A DNA stretch of 64,000 nucleotides from an uncultured bacterium (lineage in GTDB: Bacteria; Krumholzibacteriota; Krumholzibacteriia; Krumholzibacteriales; Krumholzibacteriaceae): positions 1 through 64,000 of the forward strand of contig CBDUYR010000010.1 of assembly GCA_965371515.1 (NCBI GenBank), read 5' to 3'. Made by a program: the position numbers and the translations under genes. The notes below the pieces were generated by a model. That model was not told the origin of the DNA. It made no database searches and was given only the letters and a program-made list of their open reading frames with translations. This document shows positions 31,386 through 41,536 of this stretch, piece by piece (within the stretch, counting starts at the first letter, position 1; each line of letters begins with the position of its first letter).

Positions 31386-32369
31386 ATGAACAACATCGAT
31401 GACGAACGGATGCTCGGCCGGTTCCAGGAGGCGTATTCAGGACTTCGCTCCGAGACGGCGAAGGTAATCATAGGCCAGGAACGCGTGCTCAACGAGCTCC
31501 TGTCGGCGCTGTTCGCCGGGGGGCACTGTCTTCTCGTGGGCGTACCCGGACTGGCAAAAACCCTGATGATATCGACGGTCGCCTCCTGCCTCGGGCTGAA
31601 GTTCTCGAGGATACAGTTCACGCCCGACCTGATGCCGAGCGACATCATGGGCACCGAGGTGCTCGAGGAGGACAAGGCATCGAGCCGCCGGGTCTTCCGC
31701 TTCCTCAAGGGGCCGGTCTTCGCGAACATAGTGCTGGCCGACGAGATCAACAGGACCCCGCCGAAGACGCAGGCGGCCCTGCTCCAGGCGATGCAGGAGA
31801 AGAACGTAACCGTCGGCGGCGAGACTCATCCGCTGGAGGCGCCGTTCTTCGTACTTGCGACACAGAACCCGATCGAGCTGGAGGGGACATATCCACTTCC
31901 CGAGGCGCAGCTCGACAGGTTCATGTTCAACATCCTTGTCGATTATCCCGAGGAGAGCGAGGAGCTGAGGATAGTCGATACCACGACATCCATCGAAAGT
32001 CCGGCCGTAGAGCAGGTCCTGACCGGCGAGGAGATCGTCGAGATACAGGGGCTGGTCAGAAAGGTCCCCGTCTCGGAGAACGTTCTCTCATACGCGGTGC
32101 GTCTCGCCAGGGCGAGCCGCGACGGCGCCCTGGAAGGAATCGGCGAGTACCTGTCGTGGGGCGCAGGTCCCAGGGCGGGCCAGTATCTCGTCCTCGGCGC
32201 CAAGGCGAGAGCGGTGATGAACGGCAGGACTACGCCCGACATCGATGACGTTCGGGCCGTGGCTTACCCCGTCCTGAGGCACAGGCTGGTGACGAACTTC
32301 CATGCCGAGGCGGACGGCGTCACTACCGATGAACTGGTGAAGAGACTGCTCGATACCGTCGCGCCGTGA
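31386..32369 (+). CDS. MoxR family AAA+ ATPase
   Basis: GVPGLAKT, RIQFTPDLMPSD, DEINR, ATQNP and LPEAQLDRF. Confidence 0.94.
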   Translation: MNNIDDERMLGRFQEAYSGLRSETAKVIIGQERVLNELLSALFAGGHCLLVGVPGLAKTLMISTVASCLGLKFSRIQFTPDLMPSDIMGTEVLEEDKASSRRVFRFLKGPVFANIVLADEINRTPPKTQAALLQAMQEKNVTVGGETHPLEAPFFVLATQNPIELEGTYPLPEAQLDRFMFNILVDYPEESEELRIVDTTTSIESPAVEQVLTGEEIVEIQGLVRKVPVSENVLSYAVRLARASRDGALEGIGEYLSWGAGPRAGQYLVLGAKARAVMNGRTTPDIDDVRAVAYPVLRHRLVTNFHAEADGVTTDELVKRLLDTVAP

Positions 32370-32391
32370 CCGGGCGCGGGGAAAGACACTT

Positions 32392-33297
32392 ATGTCCCCG
32401 GAAAAACACAACGCGGGGGAGTTCCTGCGCCCCGAGACAGTCAGCCGCCTGGCGAACATGGAGCTTCGCGCGCGACTGATCGTCGAGGGATTCATAGCGG
32501 GTCTCCACAGGTCGCCATATCACGGGTTTTCCGTCGAGTTCGCCGAGTACAGGCAGTACAATGCGGGCGAGTCGGCGAAGAACATCGACTGGAAGATCTA
32601 CGCAAAGACCGACCGCTACTATCTCAAGGTCTTCGAGGACGAGACCAATCTGCGCGGAACGCTCCTTCTCGACCGAAGTGCTTCCATGGATTTCTCCGGC
32701 GGAGGGATAACGAAGCTCCGTTACGGCGCCCTGCTCTGCGCGGCCCTCTCGTACCTGATGATAAAACAGCGAGACGCAGCCGGGCTGGCCCTCTTCGACG
32801 ACCGCATAGGCGAGATCGTCCCGCACAGGTCGGCGAGGAGGCACCTGTTCCGCCTGCTCAAGACTCTCGAAAATGTCAGGCCGGGAGGCCGGACGGGGAT
32901 CAGCCGGGCTCTGCACGACATGGCCGAGCGGATACACAGGCGCGGGCTTGTAGTTCTTGTAAGCGACCTGATCGACGAGCCGGAGGATGTGATCAGCGGG
33001 CTGAAACATTTCAGGCACAGGGGCCACGAGCTCGTTGTCTTCCATCTGCTCGACCCCCTTGAGCTCTCGCTCGATTACGGAGGAGAGGTGACCTTCGTCG
33101 ACAGGGAGACGGGAGAAAAACTGCGGTCACAACCGTGGTTCGTCAGGAAAGAATACCGGCGCAGTGTCGGTGACTGGACCTCGTTCCTCGAGAGGCGCTG
33201 CCTGGAGAACGCGATCGATTACAACCTCGTTACGACCTCGACGCCTTTCGATGAGGCGCTGGTAAGATATCTCGGCAAGAGAGGCAGGATGAGCTGA
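32392..33297 (+). CDS. DUF58 (vWA-like) protein
   Basis: GLHRSPYHGFSVEFAEYRQY, IDWK and DRSASM; follows MoxR. Confidence 0.92.
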   Translation: MSPEKHNAGEFLRPETVSRLANMELRARLIVEGFIAGLHRSPYHGFSVEFAEYRQYNAGESAKNIDWKIYAKTDRYYLKVFEDETNLRGTLLLDRSASMDFSGGGITKLRYGALLCAALSYLMIKQRDAAGLALFDDRIGEIVPHRSARRHLFRLLKTLENVRPGGRTGISRALHDMAERIHRRGLVVLVSDLIDEPEDVISGLKHFRHRGHELVVFHLLDPLELSLDYGGEVTFVDRETGEKLRSQPWFVRKEYRRSVGDWTSFLERRCLENAIDYNLVTTSTPFDEALVRYLGKRGRMS

Positions 33298-33302
33298 CCG
33301 GC

Positions 33303-35351
33303 ATGAATTTTCTCAGCCCCGCATTCCTCTTCGCGCTGGGCGCTTCGGCGATCCCGCTTCTGATACACCTGCTGAGCCGCCGGCGGGCAAGGGAGGTTCC
33401 GTTCAGCTCCCTGCGATTTCTCGAGAGATCGGACAGGAAGAGCATGAGAAGGATCAACCTTCGAAGACTCATCCTGCTCGCGCTTCGGACCGCAGCGATC
33501 GCTCTCATCGCGCTGGCCTTCGCCAGGCCGGTCATCACCGGCAGGACAGCGTCGCTCTTTCCCGGGAAGGAACCGAAATCGGTCGTGGTGATGATAGACC
33601 GCAGCTACAGCATGGGTCTGAGCGGGAGCGAAGGGACAGCATTCGATGCCGCGGCTGCAGCGGCTCTCGACATTGCCGGGGGGCTGGAGGAAAACGACGA
33701 GCTGACGCTCGTCATGTTCGACGAGGGCACAGAGGAGATATTCACAGCGGAGAGGCCCGGCCGCGCGGCAGCGGCCGGAGCGCTCGCCGGCGAGGAGCCG
33801 TCACTGAAAGGAACGGCCCTGCGGGCGGCGGCAGGACACGGCTTCGGCCTTCTCCGGCGCAGCAGGAGGGCGGCGAGAGAGCTCTTTATCGTATCAGATT
33901 TCCAGAGGACAGGCATGGCGGGCGAGAGGGAGCTCGAGGTGCCCGCGCGAACGAGGGTCTTCCTCGTACCGGTCACGCCCGCATCCGGCCCGAACGTAGC
34001 GGTGGAGAGGGTGATCCTTCCAGGCTCGGCACTGCACAGGGGCGAGCCGGCGGCGATGAGAGTCTTCGTGCGCAACACCTCGCCCGACCGCCCTGCGGGA
34101 TTCCCGCTGCGCGTAACCCTCGACGGACGCAGGATCATCGAGAAGGAGATCGAACTGCCGCCGGGAGGCGCGGCTGAACATACATTCGAATTCGACCTCG
34201 GCCGCGCCGGCTGGATCCGCGGCAGCGTAAGCTGCAGGGAGGACATGCTCCCCGCCGACGACACGAGGCTGTTCACCGTCCTCGTCAGGGAAAAGACGCC
34301 GGTACTGCTGATATCCGGGGGGGATGCGTTCTACCTCGGGCAGGCGCTTGCACCGGAGGGAGCTGACGGGGACGTAGATCTCAGCGAGGCAGGGTGGAGA
34401 GGATACACGACGGCTGACCTCGCCGTTGCCGATGTCGCAATAGCCGGTCCGGGAGGGAGGCCTCGCCCCGGAGACGCGGCGCTTCTGAGACGTTACGCCG
34501 AGGAGGGCGGCAGGGTCGTCGTGTTCATATCGCCGGGGATGGAGAGGTTCGCGGAGGGTCTCAGCTCTCACGGCCTGACGGTGACTGCGCGCGAGACGGG
34601 CGGCGGCTTCGTTGAGCTCGAGCGCCCCGTAGGGGAGAACCCCATCCTGTCGATATTCAGCGACAGCGACCTCGACGGGATGGCAGGGATGAGATTCATC
34701 AGGACCGCCGGGGTAGCGGGACTTCCGCCCGGTACCGCGGCAGTCTCTTTCTCGGACGGGACTCCTTTTGTCTGGGCCGAGCGGGCCGGCGAGGGGGAGA
34801 TCGTCTTTGCCGCCGCCTCTCCGGGACCGGAAAGCGGCGACCTTGTCCTCTCGCCATGGTTCCTTCCGCTCGTGCAGCAGATGGTCCTCGCGCCCCTCGA
34901 TGTGTCGCCGGGAAGGGAAGGGGCTCTCATCGGCTCTTTCGTTCCCGTGCCGCTGACGGGGGAGGGAGTGTGTTCGATATTGCTGCCCGGAGGAGTGGAA
35001 TATGTAGATCCCCTCCCGTCCGGACCGGGAAGGATCACCGTTCCGGCCGGGGACAGGCAGGGGTACCTCACGGCCGACTGCGGCGGGGAGGAGTGGCAGG
35101 CGGCCGTCAATCCCGACTGCAGGCTCGAGTCCTCTCTCGATTACATGACCGCAGACGAGGCCGCAGACTCATTGGGACTGGAGAGTTATGCCGCCGCACG
35201 AGCGGACGCAAAAATATCAGGGACGGTGAGGGAAGCGAGGGAAGGAAGAGAGATCGCCGACGTGCTGATCGTCGTAGCAGCGCTTCTTCTCGTGGCAGAG
35301 CTCGCCGTAGCGCAGCGACACGGCGGCAGAGGGGAGGGCGAGAGGGTCTGA
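33303..35351 (+). CDS. BatA-domain/vWA membrane protein
   Basis: MNFLSP..PLLIHLL...FSSLRFL BatA N-terminus; DRSYSM MIDAS motif; VSDFQ; C-terminal TM. Confidence 0.85.
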   Translation: MNFLSPAFLFALGASAIPLLIHLLSRRRAREVPFSSLRFLERSDRKSMRRINLRRLILLALRTAAIALIALAFARPVITGRTASLFPGKEPKSVVVMIDRSYSMGLSGSEGTAFDAAAAAALDIAGGLEENDELTLVMFDEGTEEIFTAERPGRAAAAGALAGEEPSLKGTALRAAAGHGFGLLRRSRRAARELFIVSDFQRTGMAGERELEVPARTRVFLVPVTPASGPNVAVERVILPGSALHRGEPAAMRVFVRNTSPDRPAGFPLRVTLDGRRIIEKEIELPPGGAAEHTFEFDLGRAGWIRGSVSCREDMLPADDTRLFTVLVREKTPVLLISGGDAFYLGQALAPEGADGDVDLSEAGWRGYTTADLAVADVAIAGPGGRPRPGDAALLRRYAEEGGRVVVFISPGMERFAEGLSSHGLTVTARETGGGFVELERPVGENPILSIFSDSDLDGMAGMRFIRTAGVAGLPPGTAAVSFSDGTPFVWAERAGEGEIVFAAASPGPESGDLVLSPWFLPLVQQMVLAPLDVSPGREGALIGSFVPVPLTGEGVCSILLPGGVEYVDPLPSGPGRITVPAGDRQGYLTADCGGEEWQAAVNPDCRLESSLDYMTADEAADSLGLESYAAARADAKISGTVREAREGREIADVLIVVAALLLVAELAVAQRHGGRGEGERV

Positions 35352-38300
35352 TGTGGGAAGATCTCAGAAAGAAGATCTCGGAGCTGCCACCTTTCCACGA
35401 GCTCTCCGGCAGGCTCGCCTCGCAGGGAGCGGCGGCGAGGGCGGGCGGGCTGACCGGCAGTTCGCGATCGCTTGTGCTCTCGACGCTCGTGCCGTTTCTA
35501 GGGCGGGGAGTCGTGGCGATCGCCTCCGACCCTGTCCGGGCAAGGGATATCGCGGCAGACCTCGATCATTTCGGTGCCGGCCGCGTCGTCTTCTATCCGG
35601 AGGACGAGATGCTGCCCTATGACTATCACGATCCCGACAGGAACCTCACCGGCATTCAGATGGCAGCGCTGGCCGCACTGGCGGAGAAGAGATGCGATGT
35701 CTTTGTCTGCACGCCCAGGTCTCTCCTGAAGAAAGTGTTTGCCCCCGGCGTCTTTCTGGATCTTGTCACGGACCTCCGCGCGGGAGAGGACAAGGATCCT
35801 TATGAACTCGCCGAGCGGCTCGTCCACCTCGGCTACGAGAGGCACGGCATCGTAGAGGAGAAGGGGCAGTTTGCCATAAGGGGCGGGATCCTCGACCTCT
35901 TCGAGGTGGCATCGCTCGATCCCGTGAGGATGGAGTTCGACGGCGACGAGATAACCTCGATCCGTACATTCGATATCGAGACGCAGAGATCGATGGAATC
36001 TGCCGATTCGATCCGGGTCCACCCCCTGCACCATCTCGCACCGGACGAAAGGGGAATCGAGAGGCTCGAGGCGTTCCTCGAGACGGAAAGCGCGGGGCTC
36101 GAGGAGCAGGAGAGAAAGAAGATGATGCTTCCCGCCAAGCGGTTCGCCACGGGGATACATTTCTTCGGCATGGAGCACTATGCCGCCGTCGTTCACGACG
36201 TCGTCCCGGTGACCGACTACTGGAACGCGCCTCCGTTGATTGTGATGTACGACAGCGAGGAGATCGAGACGCTGACCGAGGAGTTCAGGGAGGAGATCGA
36301 GAAGCGGTACGAGCGGTCGAGGGAGGAGAACCTCTACCCGCACCCCGATCGCGTCTACGCCGGCGGCCGGGAGTGGGCCGGCGCGCTGGAGGCCACCGGC
36401 AGGCTCGAGTTCACCGCGCTCCCCGGCGGGGACGACGTGCGCTTCTCCACCTCGGCGGTCGGCGACTATCGCAGGAATATCAAGGGGCTCGTCTCCGACG
36501 TCCAGAGGGAACTCGGCAGAGGCAGGAGGGTGTTCCTCTTCTGCGCGAGCGAGATCCAGAGCGAGAGGGCCGAGGAGATCCTCTCCGACGTGGCGCTCGA
36601 GATCGATTTTCCGATCGGCGAGATCTCGAGCGGATTCAGGTGGCCGGCCACCGGCATGGTCTTCCTCAGTGAGGAGGAGGTGTTCGGCCGGTTCCACAGG
36701 CCGTGGCATTCCCCCCGGGCGAGAAGCAGGTCGCTCGTCTACGATCCGTCGCACTTCAAGCCGGGAGACTTCATAGTCCACATCAGCCACGGCATAGGCA
36801 GGTACATGGGGCTGCGTGTCCTCGAGATCGAGGGGAGCAGGACCGAGTGTCTCGATATCAGGTACGAGGGCGACGACAGGCTCTTCATCCCCGTCTCCCA
36901 GCTGAGGATGGTAGAGAAATATATGGCCGCCGAGGGAGCGCAGCCGGCGCTCGCCCGCCTCGGGAGCGGGGCCTGGAACAGGACCAAGCAGAAGGCGCGC
37001 AAGCGCGCCGGCATGATCGCGCAGGACCTGATCGAGATATACGCCGCCCGGCAGACGGCCGACGGGTTCGCCTGCGGCCCCGACAAACCGTGGCAGAGAG
37101 AAATGGAGGCCTCGTTTCCTTGGGAGGAGACTCCGCACCAGCTTCAGGCGACGGCCGAGGTCAAGGCCGACATGGAGAGCGCGAGGCCCATGGACAGGCT
37201 TCTCTGCGGCGATGTCGGATTCGGCAAGACCGAGGTCGCCGTGCGCGCGGCGTTCAAGGCGGTGCTTGCCGGCAAGCAGGTGGCCGTGCTCGTGCCTACG
37301 ACCATCCTCGCGATGCAGCACTACAACACATTCCGCGAGCGGCTGGTCGGATTTCCCGTCAACGTCGCGATGCTCAGCAGGTTCGTGACAGCGGCCGGGC
37401 GGAAGAAGGTCGTGGAGGGAATCGCCCTGGGAGAGATCGACATAGCCATAGGGACACACCGGATCCTCTCGAAGGACATAGAGTTCGCCGACCTCGGCCT
37501 CGTTATCGTCGACGAGGAGCACAGGTTCGGCGTTGCCCACAAGGAAAAGCTCAAGAAGATGAAGAAGACGGTCGACGTGATGAGCATGACCGCCACCCCC
37601 ATACCGAGGACCCTCTCGATGGCGATATCGGGGATCAGGGACATATCGACGATCGACACCCCGCCGCGCAACCGTCTGCCGATACATACCGAGATACTTC
37701 CCTTCGACGACGAGAGGATACGCGAGGCCGTCATGCGCGAGATCGGGCGCGGTGGACAGGTCTTCTTCGTCCACAATCGGGTGCAGTCGATAGAGGTGAT
37801 GGAAGGATACCTCTCCAGGCTCCTTCCCGACCGGGTCAGGATAGCCCATGCCCACGGGCAGATGAAGGAGCGCGACCTCGAGCGGATAATGATCGATTTC
37901 GTCGAGAAGAAGTTCGATGTGCTTCTCAGCACGATGATCATCGAAGCAGGCCTCGATTTTCCCAACGTCAACACGATCATCATCAACCGCTCCGACAGGT
38001 TCGGCCTCGCGCAGCTCTACCAGCTGAGGGGCCGCGTCGGGCGTTCTGACAGGAAAGCGTACGCCTACCTGCTCATCCCGAAGGGCGGGGGCCTGACCTC
38101 GACGGCGATAAAGCGCCTCCAGGCGATCACCGAGTTCGATTATCTCGGCGCGGGCTACCGTATAGCGATGAGAGACCTGGAGATCCGCGGGGCGGGCAAT
38201 TTCCTCGGCCATCAGCAGTCGGGCCAGATCAACGCAGTCGGGCTCGATCTCTACTCGAGGATGATCAGGGAAGAGATAGCCAGGAGGAGTGGCGAGGAGG

Positions 38301-38794
38301 TCGAGGAGAAACAGGAGGCGAAGATATCGGTTTCCGTGCCCGCATACCTGCCCGACAGCTACGTCACCGACTCGGAGGAACGGATGGATATCTACCGCAG
38401 GCTCAGCCGGGTCCGCGGCGTCGAGGAGCTCGATGCGATGCGGAGCGAACTTCTCGACAGGTTCGGCGCGCCTCCGCCGCCTGGCGAGAACATGCTGAAG
38501 CTCGTCGAGCTCAAGGCGAGGGCGGCCGCCGCGGGGCTCGGCAGTGTCGAGATCAACACGAAAGGTGTTCTCAAGGCGGCATTTACGCCCCGGGACACCC
38601 CCTCGCGGAAACTCATAGCCGAGATCGCGAGGAAGTTCGAGGGAAGGCTCACGTTTCACATGGAAAAGGGGTTTTCGATGACCGTGTCGGCGCCCCCCGG
38701 TGAAAAGTATCCGGCTGACGACCTCTGGAGTTCCCGGCCAGGAGCGGCGGACCTCGAAAGCATGTTGAATTTATTGGAATTTTTTGATAAATAG
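35351..38794 (+). CDS. mfd: Transcription-repair coupling factor
   Basis: GDVGFGKT, DEEH, TATPIPRT, QLRGRVGR and DLEIRGAG; true ATG 35351 overlaps the upstream TGA. Confidence 0.96.
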   Translation: MWEDLRKKISELPPFHELSGRLASQGAAARAGGLTGSSRSLVLSTLVPFLGRGVVAIASDPVRARDIAADLDHFGAGRVVFYPEDEMLPYDYHDPDRNLTGIQMAALAALAEKRCDVFVCTPRSLLKKVFAPGVFLDLVTDLRAGEDKDPYELAERLVHLGYERHGIVEEKGQFAIRGGILDLFEVASLDPVRMEFDGDEITSIRTFDIETQRSMESADSIRVHPLHHLAPDERGIERLEAFLETESAGLEEQERKKMMLPAKRFATGIHFFGMEHYAAVVHDVVPVTDYWNAPPLIVMYDSEEIETLTEEFREEIEKRYERSREENLYPHPDRVYAGGREWAGALEATGRLEFTALPGGDDVRFSTSAVGDYRRNIKGLVSDVQRELGRGRRVFLFCASEIQSERAEEILSDVALEIDFPIGEISSGFRWPATGMVFLSEEEVFGRFHRPWHSPRARSRSLVYDPSHFKPGDFIVHISHGIGRYMGLRVLEIEGSRTECLDIRYEGDDRLFIPVSQLRMVEKYMAAEGAQPALARLGSGAWNRTKQKARKRAGMIAQDLIEIYAARQTADGFACGPDKPWQREMEASFPWEETPHQLQATAEVKADMESARPMDRLLCGDVGFGKTEVAVRAAFKAVLAGKQVAVLVPTTILAMQHYNTFRERLVGFPVNVAMLSRFVTAAGRKKVVEGIALGEIDIAIGTHRILSKDIEFADLGLVIVDEEHRFGVAHKEKLKKMKKTVDVMSMTATPIPRTLSMAISGIRDISTIDTPPRNRLPIHTEILPFDDERIREAVMREIGRGGQVFFVHNRVQSIEVMEGYLSRLLPDRVRIAHAHGQMKERDLERIMIDFVEKKFDVLLSTMIIEAGLDFPNVNTIIINRSDRFGLAQLYQLRGRVGRSDRKAYAYLLIPKGGGLTSTAIKRLQAITEFDYLGAGYRIAMRDLEIRGAGNFLGHQQSGQINAVGLDLYSRMIREEIARRSGEEVEEKQEAKISVSVPAYLPDSYVTDSEERMDIYRRLSRVRGVEELDAMRSELLDRFGAPPPPGENMLKLVELKARAAAAGLGSVEINTKGVLKAAFTPRDTPSRKLIAEIARKFEGRLTFHMEKGFSMTVSAPPGEKYPADDLWSSRPGAADLESMLNLLEFFDK

Positions 38795-38898
38795 CATAGT
38801 TTAACTGTTATGTACCGGGCATCCGGGCGCTCGAAAGATGTCCCCCGGGACGGTCCTGTAAATGAGCGGGTAAATTGAAGGTCCGGAAGGAGAGAACA

Positions 38899-40596
38899 TT
38901 GAAAAGGACGATACTGGTCTTTGCGATTGCGGCCCTGGCCATTGCGGCGGGCTGCGGAGAGAAAGACAACAGCGCGCTGGTGATAGCCAGGGTCGACACG
39001 AGGGAGATCACCGTGGCCGATTTCGAAAAGGTCTCGGAGACGATCGAACAGAAATTCCTGCCGGAGACGGATGATCTCGAGGGCAAGAAAGATCTTCTCA
39101 ACCATATGATTAACAAGGAAGTCATGGGTCTGAAGGCGCTCGCGATGGGGTACGATAAGGAACAATGGTTCGTCGATTTCTGGCCGCAGTACAAGGGCCC
39201 GTTTCTCATCGCGCAGCTGATGGACCAGAAAGTGGCCAGGAAGGTCGAGATCACCGACGAGGACATCGCCGAGTACTACAAGCAGATGCATTACGAGTAT
39301 ACACTGAGCCAGATCGTCCTCGCAAACGAGGATGAGATCATCGAGATAAGGGAGAAGGCGGTTGCCGGTGAGGATTTCGCCGAACTGGCGAAGAAGTACT
39401 CGCTCGGCGTCGGCGCCGATCACGGCGGATACGTCGGTGCCAATCCCGTCGGCAGGATCCACTGGTGGGTGGAGGAGGAGCTCTTCAAAATGGAAGCTGG
39501 AGACATCTCCAAGCCCCTCCGTACTTCGACCGGATGGGCGATCATCAAGGTGCACAGGAAGCGCAAGGTCGATCCGATGTACGACGAAGAGTGGGCCGCC
39601 CGGCGAGTAAAGGCGATCAGGGAGAAGGTCGGGATGGAGGCGCTGAAGGCCGAAATCGAGAAAGATATCGGTCTGCAGTTCTTCACCGACGCGGTCAACA
39701 TCGCGTACGACGGCCTGCCCGAAGACATCCCGTTCGAAGACATACTGTCGTACAAGATCAACCGCGAGAACGCCCCGAAGCTGAATATACCCGAGCAGTT
39801 CAAGGACAAGCTGATCTGCCAGTACTCGGACGGCAGCTATACGCTGACCGATTTCGAGAATATATATTACAGGATGGCGCTGCCCGAAAGGCCGAGGCGG
39901 CAGTACGGGCGAGAGCATGTCGTCCAGGCGATGCACAAGGTCGTGTTCGACAAGATCCTCCCCGTTTACGCGGAGCAGACGGCGAAGATCCTCGAGATCC
40001 CCGAAGTGAAGAAGCACCTCGATTCGAAAAAGGAGATGTTCCTCGTCCAGAAGATGTACGACGACCAGATCAAGGACGAGGTCACCGTGACGACCAGGGA
40101 TAAACGGGACTATTACGCCGAGAATCTCGACATACTCCTCAAGTTCGAGATGAGGGACTTCTCCGTCCTTCTCGTCGCCGACCAGAAGACCGCCAGCGAT
40201 GTGCGCGAGAAGGCGATCGAGGGGATGGACTTCATGATGCTGATCAGAAAATTCTCGGTGGACGAGAACGTGAAGGAAAGCATGGGGCGCACGGGGCTTC
40301 ACGTGAAGGGGAATATGCAGGAGTACGACGAGGCAGGCTTCGCGCTCGACGGACCCGGATCGATCTCCGAGCCGGTCCAGACCTCGAGGGGCTGGGCGCT
40401 GATCAAGGTCGAGGAAGTCGAGGACGAGAGGGTGCCGACCTTCGAAGAGGCCGAGCCCACGATCAGGAAGACCCTCCTCGAGATCAGGTACGAAGAGCAT
40501 CTGAACAAGAAGCTCGAGAAGTGGCGCGAGGATTACATCATCGAGATAGACGAGGCGGCCCTCGCCAGGGCCGAGCTCAAGAGGACCAGGCTCTGA
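38899..40596 (+). CDS. Lipoprotein with two parvulin PPIase domains
   Basis: TTG 38899 after AGGAG; lipobox AAGC; FAELAKKYS..GG and ISEPVQT..GWALIKV. Confidence 0.85.
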   Translation: MKRTILVFAIAALAIAAGCGEKDNSALVIARVDTREITVADFEKVSETIEQKFLPETDDLEGKKDLLNHMINKEVMGLKALAMGYDKEQWFVDFWPQYKGPFLIAQLMDQKVARKVEITDEDIAEYYKQMHYEYTLSQIVLANEDEIIEIREKAVAGEDFAELAKKYSLGVGADHGGYVGANPVGRIHWWVEEELFKMEAGDISKPLRTSTGWAIIKVHRKRKVDPMYDEEWAARRVKAIREKVGMEALKAEIEKDIGLQFFTDAVNIAYDGLPEDIPFEDILSYKINRENAPKLNIPEQFKDKLICQYSDGSYTLTDFENIYYRMALPERPRRQYGREHVVQAMHKVVFDKILPVYAEQTAKILEIPEVKKHLDSKKEMFLVQKMYDDQIKDEVTVTTRDKRDYYAENLDILLKFEMRDFSVLLVADQKTASDVREKAIEGMDFMMLIRKFSVDENVKESMGRTGLHVKGNMQEYDEAGFALDGPGSISEPVQTSRGWALIKVEEVEDERVPTFEEAEPTIRKTLLEIRYEEHLNKKLEKWREDYIIEIDEAALARAELKRTRL

Positions 40597-40618
40597 TCGA
40601 AAGGGCCCGGGCAACTAT

Positions 40619-41536
40619 ATGAACGGTCGCAAGGTTCTCTTCGCCGCGCTCATCCCGCTCCTGCTGGCCTTGGGGTGCGGAGGTGAGGACGTGCGCGATG
40701 ACACAGCCCTTCCCCCCGACGCCATCGTAAGCGTCGACGGGGAGGTTCTCACCGAGGGCCTCCTCGAGAGACTCCTTCCCGCCGGAGAGAAGACGCCTTT
40801 TTCAGTCTCGGAAAAAACGGCCTGGGTGAAACAGTGGGTCGAAATGGAGTTACTCTACGGCGAGGCTGTCAGGAGGGGGCTCCACAACGACCCGAGGATC
40901 AGGGCGAGACTGGAGAGCCTCGAACGGGAGTTCCTCGCCGATCACCTGGCCTTTCTCGAGCTGCGCGAGAGGATCGAGGTAACCGAAGAGGAGATCGAGG
41001 CGTATTTCGAGGATAACAGGGACCAGTACATCCACGAATACAGGGTCAGCCACATAGTGGTCAACACGCACGAGGAAGCGCTGCAGGTCGAGAAACTGCT
41101 GAAGACGAAAAGCTTCGCCCGGGTTGCCAACCAGCACTCGGTCGATCCGGTCGCGAGGCGCGGCGGGGACCTCGGCTACCTTACGAAGGGGAATATGATA
41201 CCGGCTTTCGAGACGGTGATATTCGACATGAAGCCGGGAGAGATCAGCGGGATCATCCAATCCGATTTCGGCTTTCATATAATAAAGCTCATAGGCATAC
41301 GTGAGGCGCAGGTCGGGGTAGAACTCGCCGACGTCCGGGAGAGGATATTGAACGGGCTGGTTATGCGCAGGAGGGCCGCCGCGTACAGCGAGCTGATCGA
41401 AAGGCTCCGCGAGCAGGCCGAAGTGGAATATATCAGCGGCGAATACACGAAACACATCGCTCCGGCGGACACGGCTCCGGCCGATGAACCCGCCGACACA
41501 GCCTCGGTCGATTCGACGATGAAAACGGAAGGATGA
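40619..41536 (+). CDS. Parvulin PPIase lipoprotein (PrsA/EpsD-like)
   Basis: Lipobox ALGC; SHIVV, GGDLG and FGFHIIK. Confidence 0.88.
   Translation: MNGRKVLFAALIPLLLALGCGGEDVRDDTALPPDAIVSVDGEVLTEGLLERLLPAGEKTPFSVSEKTAWVKQWVEMELLYGEAVRRGLHNDPRIRARLESLEREFLADHLAFLELRERIEVTEEEIEAYFEDNRDQYIHEYRVSHIVVNTHEEALQVEKLLKTKSFARVANQHSVDPVARRGGDLGYLTKGNMIPAFETVIFDMKPGEISGIIQSDFGFHIIKLIGIREAQVGVELADVRERILNGLVMRRRAAAYSELIERLREQAEVEYISGEYTKHIAPADTAPADEPADTASVDSTMKTEG

Noticed and set aside
34856..35350. N-terminal extension of Mfd in the ORF track (likewise the long starts of dnaA, pdxA, ftsE, yidD, 24106 and 7669)
   Set aside because: These extensions overlap upstream genes or regulatory sites; downstream starts have RBSs or stop/start overlaps
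35498..38659. 1053-aa antisense ORF over mfd, and similar shadows such as 5903-8155, 17745-19436, 26478-28262, 29828-31750 and 38656-40614
   Set aside because: They mirror well-supported genes, lack recognisable motifs and are expected from GC-rich codon bias
38879..38894. SRP RNA helix-8-like AGGTCCGGAAGGA
   Set aside because: It lacks the following AGCAG and a long flanking stem, and overlaps the RBS of the PPIase gene
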